64,000 bases of DNA from Actinomycetes bacterium (GCA_021787475.1 JAJYLW010000008.1:3638-67637); one strand, 5' to 3'. Shown: positions 11,519 through 29,346, counted from the first letter of the stretch. The notes: generated by a model from the sequence alone, not told the origin. Numbers and translations are program-made.

Positions 11519-11911
11519 TTATCCCTCCTTTCCGGGAGCCAACGTCACGGTTACATGACTGGAGCGCTTGCGGATCTGGCCAGCGCGGCCCATCGCCCGC
11601 GGCCGGTAGCGCTTCAGCGTCGGCCCTTCGTTAACGAAAATGCTGCTGATAAAAAGATTATCTCTGCTCATATCATGGTTGTTCTCGGCGTTGGCCACGG
11701 CGGAGGCAATCACTTTGCCTATCACCCTTGCCGCCGCCCTGGTGGAGAAAGCCAGGGCCGCCTGAGCATCGGCGATCTGTTTGCCGCGCACCGTATCGGC
11801 CACGAGCCGCATCTTGCGCGCCGATATCCGCACGTATTTCGCCGTGGCCGTGACCGGCTGCCCCTCTTCCGGCTCTTCTTTATCTTCCTTTTTCTTTTTC
11901 TTTTCTGCCAT
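11519..11911 (-). CDS. rplV: 50S ribosomal protein L22 with short charged N-terminal extension
   Basis: [32 protein letters not shown]; start 11911 or 11923. Confidence 0.96.
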   Translation of the reverse strand: MAEKKKKKEDKEEPEEGQPVTATAKYVRISARKMRLVADTVRGKQIADAQAALAFSTRAAARVIGKVIASAVANAENNHDMSRDNLFISSIFVNEGPTLKRYRPRAMGRAGQIRKRSSHVTVTLAPGKEG

Positions 11912-11917
11912 GATAAA

Positions 11918-11984
11918 TGTCATTCTGAGGAGCGAGGCGACAAAGAATCGTTATCGTAGATCCTTCGCTTCGTTCAGGATGACA
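11918..11984. repeat. Palindromic REP-like element (TGTCATTCTGA...TCAGGATGACA)
   Basis: Inverted ends TGTCATTCTGA/TCAGGATGACA with internal GCGA...TCGC pairing; lies in the rpsS-rplV spacer. Confidence 0.7.
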
Positions 11985-11995
11985 GGCTTCGCCTG

Positions 11996-12280
11996 TCATT
12001 TCAGGGCCGCGCTTCTTTCCGTGTGGTGGCCATGGCCGCGGAAGGTGCGTGTGGGCGCAAACTCGCCCAGCTTGTGGCCGACCATGCTCTCCGTGATAAA
12101 AACAGGCACGTGTTTGCGGCCGTCATGGACCGCGATGGTATGTCCCACCATCTCCGGGAAAATGGTGGATGCTCGCGACCACGTCTTCAGCAGTTGCTTC
12201 TTGCCTGACTCGTTCATTTTCTCAATGCGGGCCAGCAACTTTTCGTCCACGAACGGCCCTTTTTTAATCGATCTGCTCAA
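11996..12280 (-). CDS. rpsS: 30S ribosomal protein S19
   Basis: [28 protein letters not shown]. Confidence 0.98.
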   Translation of the reverse strand: MSRSIKKGPFVDEKLLARIEKMNESGKKQLLKTWSRASTIFPEMVGHTIAVHDGRKHVPVFITESMVGHKLGEFAPTRTFRGHGHHTERSAALK

Positions 12281-12292
12281 ATGCGATTCCTC

Positions 12293-13132
12293 CTACCTGC
12301 GTCCCCGGCGGCGGGAGCGGACGATATAACGGTCGCTGTCCTTGCCCTTCTTGCGCGTGCGATAGCCAATAGTCGGCACTCCCCAGGGCGTCACCGGATG
12401 ACGGCCGGCCGTGGTCTTGCCTTCGCCGCCGCCATGAGGATGATCCACTGGATTCATGGCGGTGCCGCGCACGTGCGGCCGGCGTCCCCGCCAGCGGGTC
12501 CGTCCCGCCTTGCCGCCGCTTAGGTTTTCATGCGTGACGTTGCCGACCTCGCCGATCGTGGCGCGGCACTGGGCAGGCAGAAGGCGCATCTCCCCCGAGG
12601 GGAGCCGCACCGTCGCCATCTCTCCCTCCTTGGCCATCAGCTGGGCCGATGTGCCGGCGCCGCGCACCATCTGGGCGCCGCGGCCCGGTTTCATTTCTAT
12701 GCAGTGAACGGTTATGCCCACTGGAATGCTCGCCAGCGGCAGGCTGTTCCCCACGCGGATGTCAGCCGCCGGCCCAGAAACCACCCGGGCGCCAACGGCA
12801 AGCCCGATCGGGGCGGGAATGTACCTTTTTTCGCCATCCAGATAATGAAGCAGGGCAATCCTGGCAGAGCGGTTGGGATCATATTCAATCGACGCAACCT
12901 GTGCCGGAACGCCATCCTTGAGCCTCCTGAAATCGATTTCCCGGTAGCGGCGCTTATGGCCGCCGCCGGTGTGCCGTTTCGTGATCCGCCCGTAAGAGTT
13001 CCGCCCTCCCTTTTTGGGAATTCCGCTGGTGAGGCTCTTTTCCGGACTCGACCGGGTAATCTCCTTAAAGGTAGAGCCGGTCATAAACCGCCGCCCCGGC
13101 GATGTTGGCTTGTATGTTTTTACCTGCGCCAT
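12293..13132 (-). CDS. rplB: 50S ribosomal protein L2
   Basis: [25 protein letters not shown]. Confidence 0.98.
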   Translation of the reverse strand: MAQVKTYKPTSPGRRFMTGSTFKEITRSSPEKSLTSGIPKKGGRNSYGRITKRHTGGGHKRRYREIDFRRLKDGVPAQVASIEYDPNRSARIALLHYLDGEKRYIPAPIGLAVGARVVSGPAADIRVGNSLPLASIPVGITVHCIEMKPGRGAQMVRGAGTSAQLMAKEGEMATVRLPSGEMRLLPAQCRATIGEVGNVTHENLSGGKAGRTRWRGRRPHVRGTAMNPVDHPHGGGEGKTTAGRHPVTPWGVPTIGYRTRKKGKDSDRYIVRSRRRGRR

Positions 13133-13173
13133 AAAAATTAGTTCCGAGTTTCGAGTTTCAGCATCCGGTTTTT

Positions 13174-13461
13174 TTACATCGACTCAAAGAATTCGATCTT
13201 TTGTCCCTCCGATAATTCTACGATCGCTTTTTTCCCGGAACTGGTGCGGCCGTGCACCAGTCCCCGGCGTTTCGGCTTTGACCTGGTCCGGATTACGTTG
13301 ACGCCGACGACATTGACGCTAAATATATCCTCGATCGCCCTGGCCACCTGCGGCTTGCGCGCCCGCGCGTCAACCCTGAACGTGTATTTGTTATGCTCTA
13401 TCAACTGGTAGCTTTTCTCCGAGATGACCGGCCCCAGCACGATTGCGTGCGGATCTCTCAT
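13174..13461 (-). CDS. rplW: 50S ribosomal protein L23
   Basis: [21 protein letters not shown]. Confidence 0.97.
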   Translation of the reverse strand: MRDPHAIVLGPVISEKSYQLIEHNKYTFRVDARARKPQVARAIEDIFSVNVVGVNVIRTRSKPKRRGLVHGRTSSGKKAIVELSEGQKIEFFESM

Positions 13462-14468
13462 TTGGCGCCCGCCATCTGGTTGAGTTGACCTACTGCTCCT
13501 TTTGTAACTACGACGGTCCGCACGGCCATGATGTCGCTCACCAGCAAATCGCTGGTGTCCGTAACGCCCACTCGCGGCAGATTGCGAAACGAGAGAGCCG
13601 TATTTTCTTCCCAGTTCGACACCAGCACCAGCAACGGGTAACTGACTTTAAGCCCGGCCAGAACCGCGGCGGCCGCCGCCGTCTTGGGCTCCTCAAATGC
13701 CAGCCCGTCAACCACCTTAAGACCGCCTTCACGGGCGCGGGCGCTGAGCGCCATTTTCATTGCCTTACCGCGCAGCTTGCGGTTTATCTTGAAACCGTAA
13801 TCTCGTGGAGCCGGGCCGAAAGTAGCGCCGCCTCCCGTCCAATGCGGAGCCCGGCTGGAACCGGCCCGGGCGCGTCCGGTGCCTTTCTGCCGCCAGGGCT
13901 TCCTGCCACCCCCGCGTACCTCGGCCCTTGTTTTTGAAGCGGCAGTTCCCCGGCGCATGGCGGCAAACTCGGCTCTGACAACTTCATGCAAAATGCCAAC
14001 GTTCGGCTTTATCTCAAAAACTTCCGGGTTCAGCGCCGCTTCCTCGCCCGTCAGCGCTTTCACCTGGGGCACTTTTAACTCCGGCTTGGCCGGAGCTGCT
14101 TTCTTTCTTCTCCGCGTTTTCTTGGGGGCAGCCTGTTTGCGCGCGGCCGGTTTTTTCTCAGGCCCGGCTTCTTCCACATTTTCAGCCTTGGCCGCCGGCT
14201 TTTTCCCCGCCGGCCCCGGCTTGGCGATATGCGCTTCAGCCTCAGCCTCCTCTTCAACTGCCTGCTGCGCCTCAACCTCTTCCCCCGCTTCGCTCCCGCC
14301 GGCTTTTCCGGGCTCTGCCGCTTCCGCAGATTCCTCTGCTTCCGGCGCCTTCGCCTCTGCTTCCCCGGCCACAGACCCACCCGCCGGCACGCCGGCATCG
14401 TCAACGCCAGACTTTTCCGGCTCTTCCGCTTCGTGCTTTTCTGTTTTTTCTTCGTTGTCAACCATCAA
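13458..14468 (-). CDS. rplD: 50S ribosomal protein L4 with ~130-aa Glu/Ala/Lys-rich N-terminal extension (alternative GTG start at 14072)
   Basis: KTRAEVRGGGRKPWRQKGTGRARAGS core; upstream reading frame open and in frame. Confidence 0.95.
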   Translation of the reverse strand: MMVDNEEKTEKHEAEEPEKSGVDDAGVPAGGSVAGEAEAKAPEAEESAEAAEPGKAGGSEAGEEVEAQQAVEEEAEAEAHIAKPGPAGKKPAAKAENVEEAGPEKKPAARKQAAPKKTRRRKKAAPAKPELKVPQVKALTGEEAALNPEVFEIKPNVGILHEVVRAEFAAMRRGTAASKTRAEVRGGGRKPWRQKGTGRARAGSSRAPHWTGGGATFGPAPRDYGFKINRKLRGKAMKMALSARAREGGLKVVDGLAFEEPKTAAAAAVLAGLKVSYPLLVLVSNWEENTALSFRNLPRVGVTDTSDLLVSDIMAVRTVVVTKGAVGQLNQMAGAK

Positions 14469-14515
14469 ATATAGTTCCGGGTTCTGAGTTCCAAATTAAA
14501 AACCGACCAACAAAA

Positions 14516-15334
14516 TCAATAAGTCTGAATGAAGACCAGGCCGTTGCTGGCGCCAGGGATTGCGCCTCTTACCATGAGCAGATTCTGCTCAATTTCAGCA
14601 GCCACGACCTCGAGGCCCGTCTGCGTTGACCGTTTGTTTCCCATCTGGCCGGGCAGCCGCAGCCCCTTGAAAACCCGCGCCGGATACGCGGCCGCCCCCA
14701 CCGAGCCCGGCGCACGGTGGAAATGAGCGCCGTGCGAAGCGGGGCCGCCGGCAAAACCGTGCCGCTTGACTGACCCGGCAAACCCCTTACCCTTGGAAAT
14801 GCCGGTCACTTTAACTCTGGCACCAACCGGGAAAGCCGCAACGGTAACCTGGTCGCCTGGATGCGGCGCCCGCTCAACTGCCTCCAGCGGCGCGGCCGCC
14901 TCCGGTTCTTCCGCGGCGGCTTCCCCAGCCGCCTCAGCGCCGCTCTCTGCTTCCTCAGCCTGAGCCCCTTCCTCGCCCGTTTTTTCCTTGGTTTTCGCTT
15001 TTGTTTTAGCTTGCCTGCCCTTCGGCTTCTTCTCCTCCGCGGAAGCCGCTCTTACCCACGAAGAAGCCTCGTCGAGATTGCAGCGAACCTCAGCCAGATA
15101 ACGTTTGGGGCCGGCGCCGGCTTTCTTGAAGTGCCCCGCCATTGGTTTGTTCAACCGCCGCTCCTTGACATCGCCAAAACCGATCTGGAGGGCGTTGTAA
15201 CCATCCCTGTTCTTCGTCTTCACCTGTGTGACCGTGCACGGTCCCGCCTGGATCACTGTGACCGGGATGCGGTCGCCGGCGTCCGTAAAAATCTGCGACA
15301 TGCCCAGTTTTTTCCCCAGGATGGCTGCCATCAC
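14516..15334 (-). CDS. rplC: 50S ribosomal protein L3 with ~60-aa internal charged insertion
   Basis: [34 protein letters not shown]. Confidence 0.97.
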   Translation of the reverse strand: MMAAILGKKLGMSQIFTDAGDRIPVTVIQAGPCTVTQVKTKNRDGYNALQIGFGDVKERRLNKPMAGHFKKAGAGPKRYLAEVRCNLDEASSWVRAASAEEKKPKGRQAKTKAKTKEKTGEEGAQAEEAESGAEAAGEAAAEEPEAAAPLEAVERAPHPGDQVTVAAFPVGARVKVTGISKGKGFAGSVKRHGFAGGPASHGAHFHRAPGSVGAAAYPARVFKGLRLPGQMGNKRSTQTGLEVVAAEIEQNLLMVRGAIPGASNGLVFIQTY

Positions 15335-15639
15335 AATTTAATCTCTATGTCAACACCGGCCGGAACGTCAAGCCGCATCAGCGAATCGACCGTCTTGGGC
15401 GTCGGCTGGTGGATGTCTATCAGTCGTTTGTGGGTCCGCATTTCGAAATGCTCTCGCGAATCCTTGTCCTTGAACGGGCTTCTAATGACGCAGTAAACGT
15501 TCTTCTCCGTCGGCAGCGGCACCGGCCCCACCACGGTAGCGCCCGTGCGCTGCGCCTGCTCTACGATTAACCGCGCGCTGCGATCGATCAATTCATGATC
15601 GTAAGCCTTCAGCCTGATTCTTATTTTTTGCTGTGCCAT
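15331..15639 (-). CDS. rpsJ: 30S ribosomal protein S10
   Basis: [31 protein letters not shown]. Confidence 0.98.
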   Translation of the reverse strand: MAQQKIRIRLKAYDHELIDRSARLIVEQAQRTGATVVGPVPLPTEKNVYCVIRSPFKDKDSREHFEMRTHKRLIDIHQPTPKTVDSLMRLDVPAGVDIEIKL

Positions 15640-15727
15640 TGCTTGTTTCCGTTTCACGTTTAACATTTAGGATGAAAGGGGCTCACATTAAATCAAACAT
15701 TTAACGTTAAAACGAAACCCGTTCCAT

Positions 15728-15760
15728 CAAAAAGCCCGTTTTGGCAACGGGCCTTTTTTT
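15728..15760. terminator. Intrinsic terminator-like hairpin immediately after tuf
   Basis: AAAAAGCCCGTT-ttggc-AACGGGCCTTTTTTT; T-runs on both strands. Confidence 0.7.
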
Positions 15761-15761
15761 G

Positions 15762-16967
<1,206 letters not shown>

Positions 16968-17035
16968 TCTTTGCTCCTTTCATCTCCTAAATCCGAGCAA
17001 TACATTAAAATGCCGTTTGCTGCCGTCGGAAAACT

Positions 17036-19168
<2,133 letters not shown>

Positions 19169-19233
19169 TTACTTATCTAAACCTTTAACAATTCCTTGTC
19201 TCCTGAGATTTTCAACATCCCTTCATACTGGAC

Positions 19234-19704
19234 CTACCAGCGGTAATGAGCAAAAGCCCTGTTGGCCTGGGCCATCCGGTAAAGGTCATCCTTCTTCTTC
19301 CAGGCTCCGCCCTGGCTCGTCAGCGCATCGAGGCACTCGCCGGCCAAACGCTCGGTCATGGTCTTCTCCCGCCGGTCGCGGGCGTAGCCAACCATCCAGC
19401 GCACGGCCAGCGTCCGCGCCCGGCGCGCCGGGACTTCCACCGGTACCTGGTAAGTGGCGCCGCCAACGCGGCGGGAGCGCACTTCCAGGCGGGGCGTGAC
19501 CGCATCCACCGCCTGCTTGAGAACAACTACCGGGTCGTCGCCCTTCTTCTGACCAAGAATATCCAGCGCCCCATAAGTTATCTTTTCCGCCACGGACTTC
19601 TTCCCGCCCAGCATAATCTTGTTGACAAACTGGGTAACCAGCTTGCTGCTGTAGATCGGGTCGGGAACGACCTCGCGCTTCTGGGCTGCGGCCCGCCTCG
19701 GCAT
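19234..19704 (-). CDS. rpsG: 30S ribosomal protein S7
   Basis: [26 protein letters not shown]. Confidence 0.98.
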   Translation of the reverse strand: MPRRAAAQKREVVPDPIYSSKLVTQFVNKIMLGGKKSVAEKITYGALDILGQKKGDDPVVVLKQAVDAVTPRLEVRSRRVGGATYQVPVEVPARRARTLAVRWMVGYARDRREKTMTERLAGECLDALTSQGGAWKKKDDLYRMAQANRAFAHYRW

Positions 19705-20073
19705 TTAGGGCACCTTCACTCCATATTTGGACCGGCCCTGCCTGCGGCCGGATACCCCGGCTGCATCCAGTGCCGCCCTGACAACCTTGTAGCGCACGCC
19801 CGGCAAATCCTTGACCCGGCCGCCCTTTACCAGAACCACCGAATGCTCCTGGAGATTATGACCAATGCCGGGAATGTAAGCAGTTACCTCAATGCCGGTA
19901 GTAAGGCGCACGCGGGCGACCTTCCGCAGGGCGGAATTGGGCTTTTTCGGCGTCGTCGTATAGACGCGTGTGCAAACGCCGCGCCGCTGCGGGCTGCCCT
20001 TGAGCGCCGGGGTGGTCACCTTGGCCGCGGGTTTCAGGCGGCCCTTCCTTACAAGCTGGTTTACAGTTGGCAT
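19705..20073 (-). CDS. rpsL: 30S ribosomal protein S12
   Basis: [23 protein letters not shown]. Confidence 0.99.
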   Translation of the reverse strand: MPTVNQLVRKGRLKPAAKVTTPALKGSPQRRGVCTRVYTTTPKKPNSALRKVARVRLTTGIEVTAYIPGIGHNLQEHSVVLVKGGRVKDLPGVRYKVVRAALDAAGVSGRRQGRSKYGVKVP

Positions 20074-20294
20074 AAAACCCTTTTGTTTCCAGTTTCCTGT
20101 TTCCGGTATCTGCTTGAATTTGGCCTGTGACTGCTGGCTTGGGACATTGGTGAATATCCGACTTTTTGCACACCAACAAACGGCAGACTATATTACCTCC
20201 GGAAAAATGAAAATTTCCGGAGTAGCCTGCAGCCCTGTGATGTTACCCAATTCTTGACAGACTTAAGCGCCCACTTTAGGGCGCGCAAACCGAG

Positions 20295-20323
20295 AGTATA
20301 GCAAGGAGGCTGGCGGGAGTCAA
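20295..20323 (-). promoter_or_regulatory. Housekeeping sigma70-type promoter of str operon
   Basis: TTGACT-17 bp-TATACT with TGn extension, ~220 nt upstream of rpsL. Confidence 0.75.
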
Positions 20324-20561
20324 ATAAAAAAACCGCCAGGTGGCCCCGCCCGGATTCAGCGGATAAGGCCGCCGATTTGGCGGCCTTTTAGAGTTCATTT
20401 CCTATATTCCGTTTTCGAGTCCACCCTTCCCGATGCATTCAAGCCGGGACCGGCTACTCCCTAATCTGCTATCACCTTATTGCCCCTGCACCTTGTTAAA
20501 GTACCTGTTCCAGGTGACCCGCTGGGAGGCCTTGGCCTCTCCAGACTTCTTCCGGGGTACG

Positions 20562-20592
20562 AAAAAGGCGGCCCCGCCGTCAGGCGGGGCCG
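20562..20592 (-). terminator. Intrinsic terminator after lipoprotein gene
   Basis: CGGCCCCGCC-tgac-GGCGGGGCCG followed by CCTTTTT. Confidence 0.65.
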
Positions 20593-20678
20593 GATGTCCT
20601 TCATGTATCTAAAAATCCCGGCGTGAAGGCCACTCATCTCGTCCTTCGGCGGGATCAGACATCGCCCTCATCGCCAGA

Positions 20679-21284
20679 TTACACGCTGGGATCAGCCCAC
20701 CAGTACGAGGCCACGTGAGGAGCGTTCTTTTCACTCAGCGAAGCCCAGTCTATCCTGGTAGCATCTGCCTTCGTGATCATGATTTTGACGGCAAGCCTGT
20801 TTTTGTCCTGGAGCGTCGTTCCATAGAGGCTGATCTGCACGCGCGAGATGCCCGTGTATTCATTGAAGAGAACGCTGGTCACTTTTTGGGCGGCCTCGAC
20901 GCCGTCGCCGGGGAGCTGCCGCGCTTCGCATTGTAAAAGCAGGCCGACATCAGCGCACGGTAGCCGGTTAAGATAAATGTCAACAAATGTGCCGTCAGCC
21001 GCGGGGGTAAGGACCACTTTCCGGGTGAGCGGCTCGCCGGGAAAGCCTGTCCGTCCCAACTGGCGGTCAATTACGTTTTGAACGGCCGCTTTTGTCACTG
21101 GCCCCAGTTTGGTGGTAAGCGCGGCTGTCCTCTGCGCCTGGCTTTCTGTGGACGCGCCGGGAGTCGATCCGTCACAGCCCGACGCCAAAATAATGGTCAG
21201 CAACAAAAGGCACGCCGCCGGTAACAACAACAGAAACCGCCGGTCGTTTCGCAATCGCTTTCTTGTTGAACAGGGGAAACGCAT
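20679..21284 (-). CDS. Hypothetical lipoprotein
   Basis: Basic N-terminus, hydrophobic stretch, lipobox LASG-C; no recognised domain. Confidence 0.7.
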   Translation of the reverse strand: MRFPCSTRKRLRNDRRFLLLLPAACLLLLTIILASGCDGSTPGASTESQAQRTAALTTKLGPVTKAAVQNVIDRQLGRTGFPGEPLTRKVVLTPAADGTFVDIYLNRLPCADVGLLLQCEARQLPGDGVEAAQKVTSVLFNEYTGISRVQISLYGTTLQDKNRLAVKIMITKADATRIDWASLSEKNAPHVASYWWADPSV

Positions 21285-21360
21285 ATGTTTATCGGGTGTT
21301 CTTCGGGCCAGAATGCATTGAATTTATTTCTGCGGGACTCTCAGTATATCACAGCCATGT

Positions 21361-21474
21361 TTACCTATAAATTCCCGCGACAAATGCTTCGACATTCCGC
21401 CTGTACTCGGGAACGTACTCCAGGGCTGACTTGACCGCTTCATAAACCAGCGCGGGATCAATTTCATCCGCGAG
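21361..21474 (-). pseudogene. Remnant resembling C-terminus of DUF86/HepT-type HEPN protein
   Basis: Manual translation LADEIDPALVYEAVKSALEYVPEYRRNVEAFVAGIYR*; no start codon; resemblance from memory only. Confidence 0.4.
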
Positions 21475-21482
21475 AAAAATGG

Positions 21483-21520
21483 AAAAAAGAGGGCGCGGCG
21501 TGCCAAAGCACGCCGCGCCC
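21483..21520 (-). terminator. Intrinsic terminator after rpoC
   Basis: 13-bp stem GGGCGCGGCGTGC/GCACGCCGCGCCC followed by TCTTTTTT. Confidence 0.8.
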
Positions 21521-21543
21521 CCTCAAACATCCATCAACAGACG

Positions 21544-24500
21544 CTATTCTTCTTCAGCTTCTTCTTCAGCACCGGACGCCCCCACTGCCAGCATCGCCAA
21601 CTCTTCCGGCTTGACAGCGGGATAGATCTCAATCGTGCGGTACTTCCTCAGGCCGGTCGAGGCGGGAATCAGCTTGCCGATAATGACATTTTCCTTAAGC
21701 CCCTGCAAATGATCGACTTTGCCCTCGATGGCTGCGTCAGTAAGCACTTTGGTCGTCTCCTGGAACGATGCCGCCGACAAGAAACTCTCCGTGGCCAGCG
21801 ACGCCTTGGTGATACCGAGGATGGCCTGCTCCGCCACTGCGGGCTCGCCTTTTTCCTTGACAGCCTGCTCATTTATCTTCTTGAGCTGAACCTTGTCAAC
21901 CAGTTGACCCGGAAGCAGGTCGGTGTCGCCACGCGACTCGACCCGCAGGCGCTTCATCATCTGGCGCGCCACCAACTCGATATGCTTGTCGTTGATGTCA
22001 ACCCCCTGGCGGCGGTAGACATCCTGAACCTCACTGACCAGGTACAGCTCGGTGGCGGTGTCGCCGCGCACAGTAATCAGGTCGCCGGGGTAAAGCGAGC
22101 CTTCCGATAACTGCATTCCCTGCTCGATTTTGTCGCCGTCCTTGACAAACAGGCGTGTGTGCCGGGGGAAACTGTAACTCTTTTCCTCCCCCTTGGCGCC
22201 CTGGATGACAACCTTGAGACTCTTGTCGGTGTCTACGATCTCCACCTTGCCGCCGATCTCGGCGATCTTCGCCTGCCCCTTGGGCTTGCGCGCCTCGAAC
22301 AGCTCAACCACGCGGGGCAAGCCGTGGGTGATGTCCTCGCCGGCAATGCCGCCCCGGTGGAAGGTGCGCATCGTCAGCTGCGTGCCCGGCTCGCCAATCG
22401 ACTGGGCGGCGATAATGCCGACCGCATCTCCCAGTTCGGCCATCTCGCCGGAGGCGAGGTTACGGCCATAGCAGGCGGCGCAGACCCCGACTTCGGATTG
22501 GCACTTTAGCACGGAGCGGACCGGCACCATGAACCCGGGCTTGGACCCGTGCACCGCGTCAATGTCGGCAATGACGTCGTCAGTAAGATGGGTTCCTTTT
22601 TCAGCGACTACCTGCGGCTTACGCCTCCCCGGCACGGCCCGCGCCAGCACCCGGCCAACAAGGCTGTCGTTAAGTTTTGTGCTTTTGCTCTTCTTGTCCG
22701 GCATCCGAAGGGGAAGCTCCAGGTAATCCTCGGCGCCGCAGTCTTCTTCGCGGATGATGACATCCTGGGCGACGTCCACCAGCCTGCGGGTAAGATAGCC
22801 GGAGTCCGCGGTCCGGAGCGCCGTGTCGGCCAGGCCCTTGCGGGAGCCGTGCGTGGAGATGAAGAATTCCAGCACGCTCATTCCTTCCATCAGGCTGGAC
22901 TTGACCGGACGCTCAATCGTGTCACCTTTCGGATTGAGCATCAACCCGCGCATGCCGGCCAGCTGATGCATCTGGTCAGGGTTGCCGCGGGCGCCTGAAT
23001 TAGCCATCATGAACAGTGGATTCAGCTCAAACAGGTTGTTGTCCATCGCCCGCGCGACCTCTTCCGTAGCCTCCCGCCACTTGTCAATCACCATTTCGCT
23101 GCGCTCGCTGTCGGTGATAAACCCGCGGTCATACTGCTTGTGAATTTCCTCAACCTCGGATTCGTAGCGGTCAAGAATGCTGCCCTTTTCCGGCGGCACG
23201 ACAATATCATTCTTGCCCACGGTCACGCCGGAGAGAGTGGCATGCTCAAAACCAAGCCGCTTGATAACGTCCAGCACGCTGGCTACGGTGACGGCTCCGT
23301 ACTGGTTAATCAGACCGGCGATCAGGTTTTTCATCCTCGCCTTATCAAGCGTCTCATTGAAAAACGGCCGCTTGGCCGGATCATATTCATCGCCCAGGTG
23401 CTCCGACAGCGCGGCGTCAATCTCATCGTTGAAAATGGCCCTCCCGGCGGTTGTCAATATCCTGGAGCCGTCGCGGCGGCGAAAGCGGATTACCTGCTGC
23501 AGGCCGACGCTTTTATGGTCCACTGCCCGCGCCACATCGTCGGTGGAACCAAACGCCGGCGGCGCCGGCTTCATCTTTTCAGGATCGAGATCGTTAACAT
23601 TGACCTCACAATATGTAAGCCAGTAAGTGCCCAGCACCATGTCCTGCGAAGGGACGGCCAGCGGCCGGCCATGCGCCGGCGACAGGATGTTATTAGCGGA
23701 CAGCATCAGGATGCGTGCTTCCGCCTGCGCCTCCACAGAGAGGGGAACGTGCACCGCCATCTGGTCGCCGTCGAAATCAGCGTTGAAGGCGGCGCAGACC
23801 AGCGGGTGGATCTGGATTGCCTTGCCCTCCACCAGGATCGGTTCGAATGCCTGGATGCCGAGCCGGTGCAGCGTCGGGGCGCGGTTGAGCATCACCGGAT
23901 GCTCGGAGATGACCCCTTCCAGTACATCCCAGACTTCCGGAACCATGCTCTCCACCATTTTTTTAGCAGCCTTAATGTTCTGCACCCGGTCGCGCTCAAC
24001 CAGGCGGCTCATGATAAACGGCTTGAACAGCTCCAGCGCCATCAGTTTGGGGACGCCGCACTGATGCAGCTTCAACTTCGGGCCGGCAACAATCACGGAG
24101 CGGCCGGAATAGTCAACACGTTTGCCAAGCAGGTTCTGGCGGAAGCGTCCCTGCTTGCCCTTGAGCATGTCGGAGAGCGATTTTAGGGGGCGGTTGCCCG
24201 GACCGGTAACGGCGCGGCCGCGACGGCCATTGTCAAAGAGCGCGTCCACCGCCTCCTGCAACATCCGTTTTTCGTTGTTGACAATAATCTCAGGTGCGCC
24301 CAGGTCGAGCAGCCGTTTGAGACGGTTGTTGCGGTTGATGACGCGCCGGTAAAGATCGTTAAGATCGCTGGTGGCAAAGCGGCCGCCGTCCAATTGGACC
24401 ATCGGCCGCAACTCTGGCGGGATCACCGGCACCGATTCCAGGATCATCCACTCGGGACGGTTGCCCGATCGAAGGAAAGCGTCCATTACCTTCAGCCGCT

Positions 24501-25476
24501 TCAGCGCCCGCTGCAGCTTCTGACCCTTGGAGTTGACGACGTCCTCATTCAGCGCCTCAACCTCTTTTTCCAGGTCAACCTGCTCCAGCAGCTCGCGCAC
24601 GGCTTCGGCGCCCATGCCGCCCCGGAAATAATTGCCAAAGCCAAAGGGGCTGCCGAAACGGTCCTTCAGGTCGCGGAACAGCTGCTCGTCGCCGATAATC
24701 TGCTTGACCTCGAGCTTCTGGAACTCTTCCCACAGTTTGGTCAGCCGCTCCGCCTGCTCTTCCGCATACTGCTCGTTGTCGGCGATCTCGTCGGCGATTT
24801 CCTTCTCCAGCTGAGCTTTGCGCTCGGCAGTTTCCTTCTTGGTCAGCTTGCGCAGCTTTGCCTCGGTGCCGCCATAAATGGCAAGCGATTCCGTTTCGAT
24901 CTCTTCCGGTGTTGCCTCGCCGTCAAGGACGCGCAGCCGCCGCTCGCGGGCTCCCTCCAGCTCCCTGATCCGCTCCTGCTTGTCAGCGTGCAGCTGATCA
25001 ATGGCGGCATTGACCCTCTCCTGCAGCATCTCAGTGTCGGCCGCGCGTTTCTCAAAATCGATGAAAGTAACGATTGAGCCGGCGAAGTAGAGCACTTTTT
25101 CCAATTCCTTGGGCGCAATGTCAAGCATGTATCCCATCCGCGATGGCACTCCCTTGAAAAACCAAATGTGGGACACCGGCGCCGCCAGATCGATGTGGCC
25201 CATGCGCTCGCGCCGCACCTTGGAGCGAGTCACCTCAACGCCGCAGCGCTCGCAGATGATGCCCTTGTAACGGACGCGCTTGTACTTGCCGCAGTAGCAT
25301 TCCCAATCCTTGGTGGGCCCGAAAATGCGTTCACAGAAAAGGCCGTCCTTCTCGGGCTTGAGAGTGCGGTAATTGATTGTCTCGGGTTTGGTGACCTCGC
25401 CCGACGACCAGGCCCGGATCTTCTCCGAAGACGCCAAGCCGATCCTGATAGCATCAAAGTTATTGATGTCTAGCAA
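21544..25476 (-). CDS. rpoC: RNA polymerase beta' subunit
   Basis: NADFDGDQM catalytic motif, N-terminal Zn ribbon, [13 protein letters not shown]; actinobacterial-type helical insertion near N-terminus. Confidence 0.99.
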   Translation of the reverse strand: MLDINNFDAIRIGLASSEKIRAWSSGEVTKPETINYRTLKPEKDGLFCERIFGPTKDWECYCGKYKRVRYKGIICERCGVEVTRSKVRRERMGHIDLAAPVSHIWFFKGVPSRMGYMLDIAPKELEKVLYFAGSIVTFIDFEKRAADTEMLQERVNAAIDQLHADKQERIRELEGARERRLRVLDGEATPEEIETESLAIYGGTEAKLRKLTKKETAERKAQLEKEIADEIADNEQYAEEQAERLTKLWEEFQKLEVKQIIGDEQLFRDLKDRFGSPFGFGNYFRGGMGAEAVRELLEQVDLEKEVEALNEDVVNSKGQKLQRALKRLKVMDAFLRSGNRPEWMILESVPVIPPELRPMVQLDGGRFATSDLNDLYRRVINRNNRLKRLLDLGAPEIIVNNEKRMLQEAVDALFDNGRRGRAVTGPGNRPLKSLSDMLKGKQGRFRQNLLGKRVDYSGRSVIVAGPKLKLHQCGVPKLMALELFKPFIMSRLVERDRVQNIKAAKKMVESMVPEVWDVLEGVISEHPVMLNRAPTLHRLGIQAFEPILVEGKAIQIHPLVCAAFNADFDGDQMAVHVPLSVEAQAEARILMLSANNILSPAHGRPLAVPSQDMVLGTYWLTYCEVNVNDLDPEKMKPAPPAFGSTDDVARAVDHKSVGLQQVIRFRRRDGSRILTTAGRAIFNDEIDAALSEHLGDEYDPAKRPFFNETLDKARMKNLIAGLINQYGAVTVASVLDVIKRLGFEHATLSGVTVGKNDIVVPPEKGSILDRYESEVEEIHKQYDRGFITDSERSEMVIDKWREATEEVARAMDNNLFELNPLFMMANSGARGNPDQMHQLAGMRGLMLNPKGDTIERPVKSSLMEGMSVLEFFISTHGSRKGLADTALRTADSGYLTRRLVDVAQDVIIREEDCGAEDYLELPLRMPDKKSKSTKLNDSLVGRVLARAVPGRRKPQVVAEKGTHLTDDVIADIDAVHGSKPGFMVPVRSVLKCQSEVGVCAACYGRNLASGEMAELGDAVGIIAAQSIGEPGTQLTMRTFHRGGIAGEDITHGLPRVVELFEARKPKGQAKIAEIGGKVEIVDTDKSLKVVIQGAKGEEKSYSFPRHTRLFVKDGDKIEQGMQLSEGSLYPGDLITVRGDTATELYLVSEVQDVYRRQGVDINDKHIELVARQMMKRLRVESRGDTDLLPGQLVDKVQLKKINEQAVKEKGEPAVAEQAILGITKASLATESFLSAASFQETTKVLTDAAIEGKVDHLQGLKENVIIGKLIPASTGLRKYRTIEIYPAVKPEELAMLAVGASGAEEEAEEE

Positions 25477-25536
25477 GTGATCCTCCTAGATAAGCAGATG
25501 GTGGATAAACTCATACTAGAGCCACCCGTAAATAAT

Positions 25537-29037
<3,501 letters not shown>

Positions 29038-29103
29038 AAGGCTCACCCCTCCTGGGAAGAAAAATTGCAGGGAAACAGGGACGTGCCGGGGCACGAACAA
29101 TGA

Positions 29104-29132
29104 AATATAACATACCGGTTTATGGGAATCAA
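29104..29132 (-). promoter_or_regulatory. Promoter of rpoBC
   Basis: TTGATT-17 bp-TATATT with TGn extension. Confidence 0.65.
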
Positions 29133-29346
29133 GAGGACCGGCAACCCGAACCGCCCGACCCGGTTATTTACACAACCTTATCTTATTCCCGCGGGACGTC
29201 CTTCAAAACGCTTGCCAGGGTTAATTAATTGAATCTGGACAGGGACGGCTCGGCCGCCCGGCGGCACTCGCCAGCTTTGTCAATGGTAATCCCCGAAGGA
29301 CAAAATTATTTGGCGCCGTGCCAGTATAAAAAGAGCCTAACGCATT

